From assembly GCA_046314355.1 (NCBI GenBank), contig JBKBWQ010000001.1, positions 1,472,001-1,536,000 on the forward strand: a stretch of DNA of 64,000 bases, written 5' to 3'. Shown here in pieces: positions 1 to 9,328 of the stretch. Each line of letters starts with the position of its first letter. The stretch's first letter is position 1. The notes below the pieces were generated by a model that did no database searches, had not been told where the DNA came from, and was given only the letters and a program-made list of their open reading frames with translations. The DNA is from Candidatus Altimarinota bacterium (lineage in GTDB: Bacteria; Patescibacteriota; Gracilibacteria; 1-14-2-50-48-13). The position numbers and the translations under genes were made by a program.

Positions 1-73
1 CACAAGTGAGGATGTACTTTGTGAATGGGAGTTTGAATACTTCACGAGGTATCCGGATGAGAAAGAGAAGTGA
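1..73 (+). CDS. 3' end of a gene entering from the left (partial, unknown product)
   Basis: Frame 2 reads TSEDVLCEWEFEYFTRYPDEKEK then TGA, followed by the terminator at 141-169. Confidence 0.4.
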   Translation, partial: TSEDVLCEWEFEYFTRYPDEKEK

Positions 74-140
74 CTTCAGATCATACAAACATATAAAAAA
101 AATACTATAGAGTAAATAATATAGTATTAAAAATTATTAA

Positions 141-169
141 AAAACCCGAAGCATAAAGCTTCGGGTTTT
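141..169. terminator. Bidirectional intrinsic terminator
   Basis: AAAACCCGAAGC-ATAAA-GCTTCGGGTTTT hairpin between convergent genes. Confidence 0.8.
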
Positions 170-181
170 CTTTGATATCTC

Positions 182-2194
182 TTACAGATTCAAGTCTCCT
201 CCAATGCTTGTATTATCCAATGGCTGTTTAAATAAGGCTATTGTCGTTGCTATGATTTTTGCAACCTCAGCTCTATTTATAGAATCATTAGGTCTAAATT
301 TCTTAGAACCATCATCGCCAGACACAATACCAAGCTCGTATGCATAATAGATATGGCGGGCTGCTATTGTATCCTTAGTCACGTCAGAGAACGCGAACTC
401 CACTGGATCCTTTGGATAAAATCCGAAGGCTTCGAAGATAGTACGTACCACCTCTGCTCGAGTAGCTGCACGGTTGAGATCAATCTTTGCATTAGCCAGT
501 ATGCTGAGCTTCAGCTTTTCACCCTGTGCCACATATCCTTTTGCCCAATGATTCTTTGCCTCACTGTGAGTAGGCTCTGTTTGAGTACTTCCTGCTCCTG
601 AAGTCTCCAGAGTCATCTTAAGGAGCTCTGCGATAGTGACATTATCTGCTGGTCCAAAGAGATTGAGATTCTTTCCTGATTTATCTTTGTATCCTCCGAT
701 GATGCCGAGACGGGAAGCTTCAGCTACATAAGTATGAAACCATGCATTTTCATTTGCATCACTGAATGCCAAGATCCCTTTTGATACCTTTGCTTTTGTA
801 GATTCTGATAATACTTTTTTTGTATGTATCATAAGTGTCGTGAGCTGTATATCGCGGTCTTCTTTAGTAAGAATAGATACTCTGGAGAAGAAGTCCTCAA
901 GCTCTTTATAGATAGATGGAGTCAGCGTAGAGTCATCTATCATCACAGCTCTCAGCTGAGAGAATATTTCTTTCACAGTATTTGCTTGTCCAGTGGAGAT
1001 AAGTGTCTCAATCTGTTTAAAATTTTTATCAAGTGTCTCGAGCTTTTTAAGTTGATCGAGGTATTTTGTAAGCGCTGCATCTGATTTATCTAGAGGTACT
1101 TCTGCTATAAAATGCAGAGCGAGCGTAAGATTTGAGAGAGAAAGAGATTTTAAACTCTGCCAATTTGACGGGCTGATTACACCAAGCCGCTTGAAGAGCT
1201 GTACTCTTTGAATATCAGGCATAGCCTGAATGATTTGTCTAAAATTTCCATAAGTCGTACTGTCGAGCATTACTTGTTTTGCAAGACCAGCAGGAAGAGA
1301 TCCTTCTAATATTAATACTCTATCCTGAAGCTCCACAGAAAGCGTCTTGATGAGCTCAGGAGCAGTATCTAAAAGTTTCCGATAAAGAGTAGGGGAGAGA
1401 TGTGTAAGTTCTGTAAAATCAAATTTGTGAAGATCTTCACGGGTAAGATCTGAAAGTGCTTTTTTTCCTAAAAGGTTTAAATAATCTGGATGAATATTTT
1501 TTACTAAAAGTCCCAGATCCGCATTGCTTCTCTCTTGAGAAAGTGCGGAGAGCTTTTGCTGGAGTGTCTTGAAAGTAAGATCTTTTGTGAGCTGAGCAAT
1601 ACATTCATTCATCCTGCTTCCTGAGGCGCTGCATAATACTTGTCTCTCTGCTATAAGTGCATGGAGCTGATCCTGCAGACTTCCCATATCATAAGCAACA
1701 TCAGCTACTTCTGCTACGATTGTATATCCTGATCCGACAGCTACTGTCTGAGTTTTATCCCTCGCTAAAGTTTTCAGCGGAAAAGCAAATCTTCCATCTT
1801 TTTTTGAATCGAAAAACAATGTTGGATTTGATTCACTTTGATCTGGAATAAGACGAATCTGTAGCCCGTCATAATCTGAATTAATATCAGACTGGAATTT
1901 TATCTGCTCTCCGTCTTTGTTGAGGATCCTATCATTTGGATCCTGAAAACGGAGCTGATTGAGGACTTTGATCTGTCCTCCTGAGAGAGTAAGAGCGCCA
2001 TCCCATGTGGAAGCCGGATCTGATGCTGATACTGTATTATTTACATCACCCCAGCTGATGATAAGACGCATACCCTGAATATTGTATGATGAAGAAGGCA
2101 CATTTGCTCCATCTGCATCTGGAAAAGAAATGATAAGTAGAGAGAGGACCACAACAATGATCGCTGAAATTTTGAGAGTGCTTTTGGCTGCCAT
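182..2194 (-). CDS. Secreted protein with C-terminal S-layer homology (SLH) domains
   Basis: N-terminal signal peptide; SLH-type motifs FSDANENAWF..GIIGGY..FGPADNVTIAE, ATRAE, FSDV..GIVSG..FRPNDSINRAEVA. Confidence 0.85.
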   Translation of the reverse strand: MAAKSTLKISAIIVVVLSLLIISFPDADGANVPSSSYNIQGMRLIISWGDVNNTVSASDPASTWDGALTLSGGQIKVLNQLRFQDPNDRILNKDGEQIKFQSDINSDYDGLQIRLIPDQSESNPTLFFDSKKDGRFAFPLKTLARDKTQTVAVGSGYTIVAEVADVAYDMGSLQDQLHALIAERQVLCSASGSRMNECIAQLTKDLTFKTLQQKLSALSQERSNADLGLLVKNIHPDYLNLLGKKALSDLTREDLHKFDFTELTHLSPTLYRKLLDTAPELIKTLSVELQDRVLILEGSLPAGLAKQVMLDSTTYGNFRQIIQAMPDIQRVQLFKRLGVISPSNWQSLKSLSLSNLTLALHFIAEVPLDKSDAALTKYLDQLKKLETLDKNFKQIETLISTGQANTVKEIFSQLRAVMIDDSTLTPSIYKELEDFFSRVSILTKEDRDIQLTTLMIHTKKVLSESTKAKVSKGILAFSDANENAWFHTYVAEASRLGIIGGYKDKSGKNLNLFGPADNVTIAELLKMTLETSGAGSTQTEPTHSEAKNHWAKGYVAQGEKLKLSILANAKIDLNRAATRAEVVRTIFEAFGFYPKDPVEFAFSDVTKDTIAARHIYYAYELGIVSGDDGSKKFRPNDSINRAEVAKIIATTIALFKQPLDNTSIGGDLNL

Positions 2195-2451
2195 ACAAGC
2201 TGGATTAAGGGGAAAATTTGCACTTACTATAGCTTGGAATTATGAAAATCACAATTTTACTGCCTGCAGTCTTGTATTTTTACTTTACAATTTAGTGCTA
2301 TTATAACTTCATATCATATATTGACACATGTTTTAAATATTATTTATTGACATTTTATAAAAATATAATACTCTTCCTATGCTGCCAAGTTTTCTTGGGC
2401 GGCAAGCTCATTACAAATTAGGTAGTCATATATTATAGAAAGGAGACTAGT

Positions 2452-3000
2452 ATGGTTGTGGATTTTTCTATTGAAGCCAAGATTAAAAATTGGTTACAGG
2501 AAGCTTATATTGGATTCTTAAAAGGAAAGGCAATTGATCCTAAAATAATATTTGCTAAATTCACTGAAAGTGATTCAGCAGAGCTTGAACTTGTCTTTGT
2601 AAAATCAATTTTTGAACTTTATGAAAGACATGATTATGAGAAATATGAAATAGATACTGATGGAAAAACCGGTCTTTATAACACTGGTACTCAGTATGAC
2701 AATTATGTACCAAGTCGAGATGTACTAGAGAGTTCATATTTCTATGAAGGCAAAGGATACATTGAGGTATCTTTCATAGCCCATGTCGCAAGAATCTTGC
2801 CATTAAAAGATGCCATGGTGAGATTAGTTCAGCATTATGCTGAGACCTTTCAGGAAAATAAAATTAGTAAGCTAATGTGGTATCTTAAGCCACTTGAAAA
2901 ACTTATTGCTGAATGCTCGAGTAATCCTGACTTTAGGGGATATTATTCTCTTGAAGAAGCTGATAAGGTCTTCAACCAGTTTTACGGAGGTCCATATTGA
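2452..3000 (+). CDS. Hypothetical protein (orphan)
   Basis: 182-aa ORF with AAGGAG SD (2440-2445), upstream TTGACA promoter and downstream terminator. Confidence 0.75.
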   Translation: MVVDFSIEAKIKNWLQEAYIGFLKGKAIDPKIIFAKFTESDSAELELVFVKSIFELYERHDYEKYEIDTDGKTGLYNTGTQYDNYVPSRDVLESSYFYEGKGYIEVSFIAHVARILPLKDAMVRLVQHYAETFQENKISKLMWYLKPLEKLIAECSSNPDFRGYYSLEEADKVFNQFYGGPY

Positions 3001-3006
3001 CTATCT

Positions 3007-3045
3007 AAAAAGCCTCTGCTGTATTTACAGCAGAGGCTTTTTTTT
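3007..3045. terminator. Bidirectional intrinsic terminator
   Basis: AAAAAGCCTCTGCTGTA-TT-TACAGCAGAGGCTTTTT. Confidence 0.85.
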
Positions 3046-3052
3046 ATGAATT

Positions 3053-3949
3053 TTAGAGGAGTTTATCGATCTCAGCTTTCAGCATGCTATAATCCATAGC
3101 TCCTGCTGAATCACCATCTGCAGTAGTCACCATTTTCCCATTGATAAATGTAGTAGGCGTACCTCTTACACCAAGGTAATAGCCTTCAGTGTAATCCTTT
3201 TCAATTGCATCTTTATAAGTGAAATCCGTAAGACATTTACTAAAAGTATCTGTATTTACACCTATATTTTTAGCAACTGTCGTGAGGCTGTCTTTGAGGT
3301 TGGAGCCTTCAGTCCAAGTATTGTATGTCTCAAAGAGAGCGTTGTGCATTTCATAATATTTATTCTGAGCTCCTGCACATCTTGCTGCATTTGCAGCAGG
3401 AAGAGATAACGGATGAATAGAGTGAAGAGGGAAGTCTTTATAAATAAACTTCACTTTACCTGTACTGATATACTCTTTCTCCAGCTGTTTGATAGTCTGA
3501 TCATAGAATTTTTTACAGAATGGGCACTCGTAGTCTGAATACTCCACGATAGTTACCTTTGCATCCTTGTTTCCAACAAAAGGAACATTTTCGATATCCG
3601 GTGTTGTGCCTGTAGGCTTAGCTGCACTATTTACTGCTAAAGAGCCTCCGATATAGCTGAGTGAAGTATCCTGACCCGTAGGAGTTCCAGTAGATGGAGC
3701 GGCAGGTGCCGTACCAGTAACGGCTTGCGTATTTGCCGGTGCATCTGGGATACTTGAGAGTTTATTCTCCAGCATTTTTGCCCCTGCGTAAATAGTACCT
3801 GCAAGTACTAATGATGAGATAAATATGATTCCGGAAAGTGTAAATAGAGCCTGAGAAATATTCTCAGCTTTTTTCACCACGGCTTTTTTTGTTACCGCTA
3901 GTGTCTCTATATTTTCTTCTTTTGCTGTTTTTGTAGTTTTAGTTGGCAT
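3053..3949 (-). CDS. dsbA: Membrane-anchored DsbA-family thiol-disulfide oxidoreductase
   Basis: EYSDYECPFC active site, YKDFPL, GVRGTPTTFING; N-terminal TM helix. Confidence 0.9.
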   Translation of the reverse strand: MPTKTTKTAKEENIETLAVTKKAVVKKAENISQALFTLSGIIFISSLVLAGTIYAGAKMLENKLSSIPDAPANTQAVTGTAPAAPSTGTPTGQDTSLSYIGGSLAVNSAAKPTGTTPDIENVPFVGNKDAKVTIVEYSDYECPFCKKFYDQTIKQLEKEYISTGKVKFIYKDFPLHSIHPLSLPAANAARCAGAQNKYYEMHNALFETYNTWTEGSNLKDSLTTVAKNIGVNTDTFSKCLTDFTYKDAIEKDYTEGYYLGVRGTPTTFINGKMVTTADGDSAGAMDYSMLKAEIDKLL

Positions 3950-3957
3950 ATTGATGA

Positions 3958-4404
3958 TTAATTAAGATGTTGTTCAAGGTAAGATTTGATTCTGCTCCCA
4001 TCAGCCTGTCCGGAAGTTTTTTTGATCAAGAGACCCATGAGGCGTCCCATATCGCTTTTTTTATCAAGACCTTCGGTCTTCATAGTTTCTTCGATAATTT
4101 TTATTAACTCTTCATCTGACATTTCAGCTGGAAGATATGCCTCGATGATAGAGTATTCCTGCATTTCCTTCTCTGCAAGATCTGGTCTGTTGCCGGAAGT
4201 AAACTGTTCGATGGAGTCTTTTCGCTGTTTACCAAGCTTCTTAAGAATCTTGAGAGATTCTTCGTCAGTAAGTGTGTCTTTCTTTACACCTGAGACAAGC
4301 TCATTCTTCATTGCTGCGAGTATTGATCTCAAAGTAGAAAGCTTAAGAGTGTCCTTTGCTCTCATAGCATCTTTGATATCGTTTTGGATTTGTTCAAATA
4401 TCAT
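3958..4404 (-). CDS. yqeY: GatB/YqeY domain protein
   Basis: IKDAMRAKD..LSTLR, KQRKDSIEQF..NRPDLAEKE..YLP, MGRLMG..ADG. Confidence 0.92.
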   Translation of the reverse strand: MIFEQIQNDIKDAMRAKDTLKLSTLRSILAAMKNELVSGVKKDTLTDEESLKILKKLGKQRKDSIEQFTSGNRPDLAEKEMQEYSIIEAYLPAEMSDEELIKIIEETMKTEGLDKKSDMGRLMGLLIKKTSGQADGSRIKSYLEQHLN

Positions 4405-4518
4405 GTAAAAATAAAAAAAGAATACATATATATTGTACTCTGATACTCATTGCTTGCCTACTTCTGGAGCTCGCATGAGATAGGAATTGTTGGGAAATGA
4501 CATGCACATTAACAAATC

Positions 4519-4553
4519 AAAAAAAGAGTAGAGAATTTCTCTACTCTTTTTTT
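4519..4553. terminator. Intrinsic terminator after ssb
   Basis: AAAAAAAGAGTAGAGA-ATT-TCTCTACTCTTTTTTT. Confidence 0.8.
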
Positions 4554-4560
4554 ATGCAAT

Positions 4561-5040
4561 CTAGAACGGTACATCTTCAATACTAATCTCTTCATCGGCA
4601 GAGGATTTACCCTTGGTTGCCTTTGGAGACGGCATGTCATTGATCTCTGTAACAGAGTTCATCATGTCATCAGAGAATGGACTCTCAGAGCCTCCTCCTG
4701 ATCCGCCTTTACCTCCAAGCATGATGAGATTGTCTGCAACAATCTCCATCTTATAATGTTTCTTTCCCTCTGGATCATCCCAGCTTCGTGTCTGCATTCG
4801 TCCTTCTACGAATACTTTCTGACCTTTTGTACAATACTGTGCAATGATCTCAGCGAGTTTTCCCCATGCTACGAGATTATGAAACTCAGCCTGTGATACT
4901 TTTTGTCCGTTTCCGTCAACGTACGTGCGGTTGGTTGCAATACTAAAAGATACAACATTCTGTCCTGTGTTAGTCTGTCTCAGCTCAGGGTTTTGGGTAA
5001 TATTCCCGATAAGCTGCGCTCTATTCAAGTCCATTGCCAT
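4561..5040 (-). CDS. ssb: Single-stranded DNA-binding protein
   Basis: LNRAQLIGN..PELR..FSIATN..EFHNLVAWGKLAE..VEGRMQTRSW; acidic C-terminal EDVPF. Confidence 0.97.
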   Translation of the reverse strand: MAMDLNRAQLIGNITQNPELRQTNTGQNVVSFSIATNRTYVDGNGQKVSQAEFHNLVAWGKLAEIIAQYCTKGQKVFVEGRMQTRSWDDPEGKKHYKMEIVADNLIMLGGKGGSGGGSESPFSDDMMNSVTEINDMPSPKATKGKSSADEEISIEDVPF

Positions 5041-5144
5041 AAATAAATTGTAATACGAAATAAGGATACTTCGAGTATAAGTTGGGATGTAAAAAAAGCA
5101 ACATGAGAAGGTGCTATGCTGTTTATATTACGTGACAACAAGTC

Positions 5145-5993
5145 TTATGAAAGACTATAGGAAGTATCTTCATGTAGATAAGGAAGTCCAAAGTTCTTTG
5201 TACAAACTTCACGGTAAATCTCTTTTTTAATATTTTGCTTCATCTGCAGCATATTAGTCTCATCTTTTGAAACCCAAAAATGAATATCGTAGTAGTAGTT
5301 GCCATCATTGATACGGGTTAAGAGCGGATCTATCGGATACTGTGTTAAAGCATGTTCATTATTTTTTATCACATTAATCACTGTTTCATCAATATCTGCA
5401 ATTTTATGTATAATAGGAAACTCCATTTCTATGCTTATTCTTCGGATAGGAGAACGGGCATAGTTCTTTATTATTGCTTCAAAGAGGTCATGATTTCTTA
5501 TAATAATCTCACCGCCATCAACCGTATTAAAGAATGATCTTCTGGAATTACGCTCGTATATCTTTCCGGAAGCATCAATTTTTACTGCAGGATTTGTAAT
5601 ATGTAAAAAACTGAGCAGCTGAATCTTTCCTTCAAAGATAAGAGCAAAATGCTCTGCAATATTCTGGAGAGTCTTTCTGTTCATATAGACGAGAGCGATG
5701 GTAAGTGGGGCTAGTATCCAGCTAAGCTCACTAAATACACTAGTGAGACTTAGTATCATTATAGTCAGGAGAAGAGTTCCGGCTGCACGTATAAAGAGTT
5801 TGACCTTTCTTCTATTTTCTTGAAGCCATAACGCATCGGAGAGATGTTCCTCAAGATATTTATCAAAGCTTCTGCTGATAATCCATGCTATAAAAAAGCT
5901 TATCACAAGTACAGCAACTATTATAATAAAGCTCGAAGCATCGGCTTTAGCATTTTGTATGAGCTCCTGTGTATCTATGCCCTCAAGTGTCAT
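5145..5993 (-). CDS. MscS-family mechanosensitive channel (divergent)
   Basis: Three TM helices then a beta domain, DGGEIIIRN..IKNY..PIRRISI; adjacent to canonical mscS. Confidence 0.75.
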   Translation of the reverse strand: MTLEGIDTQELIQNAKADASSFIIIVAVLVISFFIAWIISRSFDKYLEEHLSDALWLQENRRKVKLFIRAAGTLLLTIMILSLTSVFSELSWILAPLTIALVYMNRKTLQNIAEHFALIFEGKIQLLSFLHITNPAVKIDASGKIYERNSRRSFFNTVDGGEIIIRNHDLFEAIIKNYARSPIRRISIEMEFPIIHKIADIDETVINVIKNNEHALTQYPIDPLLTRINDGNYYYDIHFWVSKDETNMLQMKQNIKKEIYREVCTKNFGLPYLHEDTSYSLS

Positions 5994-6002
5994 AGCAAGA
6001 AA

Positions 6003-6920
6003 TTAAGTATTGGTCTCTGGGATCTTATGTACAGGATGCTGCATGTCTTCGCGGATAACATGTATCACTCTCTGAGGGTATGGAACAGTAATATTATTTG
6101 TATCATAGAGTCCTTTGATCTGCTTTGTGATATCTGACTGGATAGTCCACCACTCAGAACGAGACTTGATCCAGAATCTTACGGTAAGATCCAGATAACT
6201 ATCACCAAAATCACTCATCAGTACTTCCTTTGGAGCATCTTGAATGATTTCCTCATGTTTAGAGAGGAGTTCAAGGATCAGTTTCGATACCTGAGAAATA
6301 TCGGCGTCATAACCAAGCTGTACAGGCACACTAAGTCTTCTATAAGGATTAGAAGTATAAATGATTACTTCATTATCAATAAAATTTTTATTTGGTACCA
6401 GTACTTCAATACCGTCCAAAGTTTGTATGGTTGTAGCTCTAGTGCCAATCTCAAGGATAGTACCCTCGGTATCTGCAAGTTTCACATAGTTTCCTACACC
6501 TGTTTTTTTCTGTAGAATAATAAGTATTCCTGAGATAAAGTGAGTAGCGATACCCTGAAAAGATACACCGATAGCAAGACCTATAGCACCAAATAGCCAG
6601 CCGAGATTACCAATAAGACCGGTAATACCTAGACTTATAAGAGCACAAATGACAAATACTAGTGTAAATGCTAGTCTTTTCATCAAGATTACAATCTCGA
6701 CTGGAGTATCGCGAAGTTTCTCCTCTTCAAATTTTCTTGAAATGACGTTTCTCGCAAGACGTGCAATGATAAAAGAAATACCAAGCAGTACAACTGCAAT
6801 AAGGTAGCTTGGAAGTTTTTCAAGTAAAAATGCTGTCACGGGATTTGCTGTTTCAGTAGCAGATCCAGAGCTATTCGTGAGAGCTATCAAACTGTATGTA
6901 ATGGATGATAAGAAAGACAT
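6003..6920 (-). CDS. mscS: MscS-family mechanosensitive channel
   Basis: GLAIGVSFQ..FISGILI..EGTILEIGTRAT..DGIEVLVPN..PYPQR. Confidence 0.92.
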   Translation of the reverse strand: MSFLSSITYSLIALTNSSGSATETANPVTAFLLEKLPSYLIAVVLLGISFIIARLARNVISRKFEEEKLRDTPVEIVILMKRLAFTLVFVICALISLGITGLIGNLGWLFGAIGLAIGVSFQGIATHFISGILIILQKKTGVGNYVKLADTEGTILEIGTRATTIQTLDGIEVLVPNKNFIDNEVIIYTSNPYRRLSVPVQLGYDADISQVSKLILELLSKHEEIIQDAPKEVLMSDFGDSYLDLTVRFWIKSRSEWWTIQSDITKQIKGLYDTNNITVPYPQRVIHVIREDMQHPVHKIPETNT

Positions 6921-6929
6921 AGTTTTTAT

Positions 6930-9056
6930 TTATGAAGCTGCCGCTTTATTCTGAGCAATGATTTCCTCAGGATTTGTAGTAATGATTTCACGTTCTGTAT
7001 AAGAAGCAATAATCTGAATTGCCACATGTTTATTACCTGCGAAGAATAATCCTTGTCCTACGTCACTGTTGAGAAGCATATATTTTTCTCCCTCTGTAAG
7101 GTTGAAGGTCTGTGCGAGTATACCTACCGCTGCGGGAGACTGCTTGAGCAGAAGCTGCATTGATGAGTTGGTAATGACAGGTTTACCATAGGATGACTGA
7201 AGCATATCCTCCACGTCCTGCGTAATGGTAGTAACGCCCAGGTAGTACTTTCGTCCACGTTTTACGATACCGTAGAGAAATTTCGCAGAATCCTCATGCT
7301 GAAGGATGGTCCATGCCTCCTCCACAATAAGGATACGTTTCTTCAGTTTGCTTCGTACCTTTGTCCAAATATAATTTAGGATAATATACATGGCGATGGG
7401 ACGAAGACTATCCTCAAGATCTCGGATACAAAAGACCACAAGACCTGAGTTAAGATCAATATTTGTAGGCTGGTTAAAGATTCCTGAGAAAGTACCAGTG
7501 GTAAATTTCTGTAAACGTTCAGCCATGAGCTCTCCGCCTTTCATATTCATGAGAATATGAAAGAGATCTTCAATTGTTGGAGGTTCTTTCAAATGAGGTT
7601 CCTTTGTCTCAAGCGTAATCCCTTTCAGGGCATATGTATTTAAGAGTGCTTTATCTATCAAGGCTTCTTCTGCAGGAGTCATATCTCCCAGCATAAGCTT
7701 TAAAAGACCCGTAATGGTAATGATATTTGAACGGAGAATATCTCCTGGTCTCTCGATCTCACCTTCGTATGAGGCAGGCAGATCAAAAGGATTGATACGT
7801 TCAGGAGAGTTAAGTGACATGTTGATAAATGTACCTCCAATCGTATCGCAGAGTGTCTTATATTCCTTTTCCGGATCGATGACGATAACGTCAGATCCAA
7901 GCATGATACTTCTCAGGATTTCAAGTTTGACCGCAAAGGATTTTCCGGCACCTGATTTCGCAAATACTACAGAATTAGCATTTTCAAGTTTAAATCTATC
8001 GAAGATAATCAAACTGTCATTATGACGATTCACTCCATAGAGAATACCTTCATTAGAAGTAAGATCTGAGGAACTGAAAGGGAATGTACTTGAAAGAGGA
8101 GATGTATTCATATTTCTTACAATACCAAGCTCATCTGAAGCGATAGGCAGGGTAGAGTTGAATGCATGTTCCGTCTGGAGATTGGCAGGTTTTGTCAGGA
8201 TAAGACGTCCTCCAAGCATACTCTGAAGCTGCCTTGAGACATCTGAGAGTTTCTTTTCAGTCTCTGCATATACAGTCAGATACAGACCGTAATGAAAGAA
8301 TTTTTCTATACCTCTCTGGAGCTGATCTCTAAGCTCCTCTGCGTCTTGCAGTCCTGCCTCTAGAGCCGGATCACGGACATATCCTTTATCCTCATTGATA
8401 TGGATCTGAGCGCTGATCTGTGCTACCTTGTTTCTCAAATACTTTAGAATCTGTCCTGAATCAATAGGGTAGATAAACATCGAAATATCAAGCGTAGCAT
8501 CAAAGTTGATGATGGGTGAGAGCCAGTTACTCTCGATGAATCTCGGATAATTATAGACAAAGAATGTCTTTACATACATTCCTGATACCTTGATCTTATC
8601 AAAGTTGATATCCATGCTGTCTGGAGCAATAATGCTGTTGATTGATGTGATACCCTGCTTATAGATTTCCTCTGCTTTCTTGATGGCTTCCTTCTCTTCC
8701 GGTGTAAGTGGTGTGTCCTTTGTCTCATGAGGTACTGCCGCATCCATAGGAGTCTTTGGCGCAAGAGTGCCAAGTGCTGCTTGTACTGGAGCTGGCTGAG
8801 TAACCTTTGTCTTTGCTGCTGCCGGTATATTTTCTTTAGATGCTGTAGGTGCTTTGTCGCCTGTGTTAGCTGGTGCGTCTTCTGCTAGATTCAGAAACAC
8901 TTTCATTTTATGGATCAGACCTCCTTTGTTTTGAGGCTTCTGCGCTGCCTGAAGACCAAGCATAGATCCGCCTGATGCCTTTGGGATTACTCCTGGAGCA
9001 GCGGGGACTACTATATCCTGATTGTCTTCGCTAGATTTTTGAGTTGTATCAGACAT
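6930..9056 (-). CDS. VirB4/TraE-like secretion or conjugation ATPase
   Basis: Walker A AKSGAGKS, VIDPEKEY, INPFD, Walker B-like IVEEAW, RGRKY, ITQDVED; low-complexity N-terminus. Confidence 0.88.
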   Translation of the reverse strand: MSDTTQKSSEDNQDIVVPAAPGVIPKASGGSMLGLQAAQKPQNKGGLIHKMKVFLNLAEDAPANTGDKAPTASKENIPAAAKTKVTQPAPVQAALGTLAPKTPMDAAVPHETKDTPLTPEEKEAIKKAEEIYKQGITSINSIIAPDSMDINFDKIKVSGMYVKTFFVYNYPRFIESNWLSPIINFDATLDISMFIYPIDSGQILKYLRNKVAQISAQIHINEDKGYVRDPALEAGLQDAEELRDQLQRGIEKFFHYGLYLTVYAETEKKLSDVSRQLQSMLGGRLILTKPANLQTEHAFNSTLPIASDELGIVRNMNTSPLSSTFPFSSSDLTSNEGILYGVNRHNDSLIIFDRFKLENANSVVFAKSGAGKSFAVKLEILRSIMLGSDVIVIDPEKEYKTLCDTIGGTFINMSLNSPERINPFDLPASYEGEIERPGDILRSNIITITGLLKLMLGDMTPAEEALIDKALLNTYALKGITLETKEPHLKEPPTIEDLFHILMNMKGGELMAERLQKFTTGTFSGIFNQPTNIDLNSGLVVFCIRDLEDSLRPIAMYIILNYIWTKVRSKLKKRILIVEEAWTILQHEDSAKFLYGIVKRGRKYYLGVTTITQDVEDMLQSSYGKPVITNSSMQLLLKQSPAAVGILAQTFNLTEGEKYMLLNSDVGQGLFFAGNKHVAIQIIASYTEREIITTNPEEIIAQNKAAAS

Positions 9057-9328
9057 GAAGAGGAGAAAACATGAAATTTCATATTAGTATACCAGATAAT
9101 GAGTATATTTACTCCTCTGAATAGTTGGATGTATGTGACTTTTGTGTCGTAATACTATTTTCTAAAATTTTAAAAAATATGTACTTATAGTTTTATTAAT
9201 ATACAGATAAAAAGTATACAGACATTAAGAGATATTTGCTTACTGATGCACTATATTTGTTCTAGTATAAGCATTGACATAATATAAATCAATAATAGAA
9301 TGCCAACAATCTAATGTAAGTCTGATCT

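Noticed and set aside
6930-9056. Integrative conjugative element
   Set aside because: No relaxase, coupling protein, integrase or att repeats; flanked by housekeeping genes
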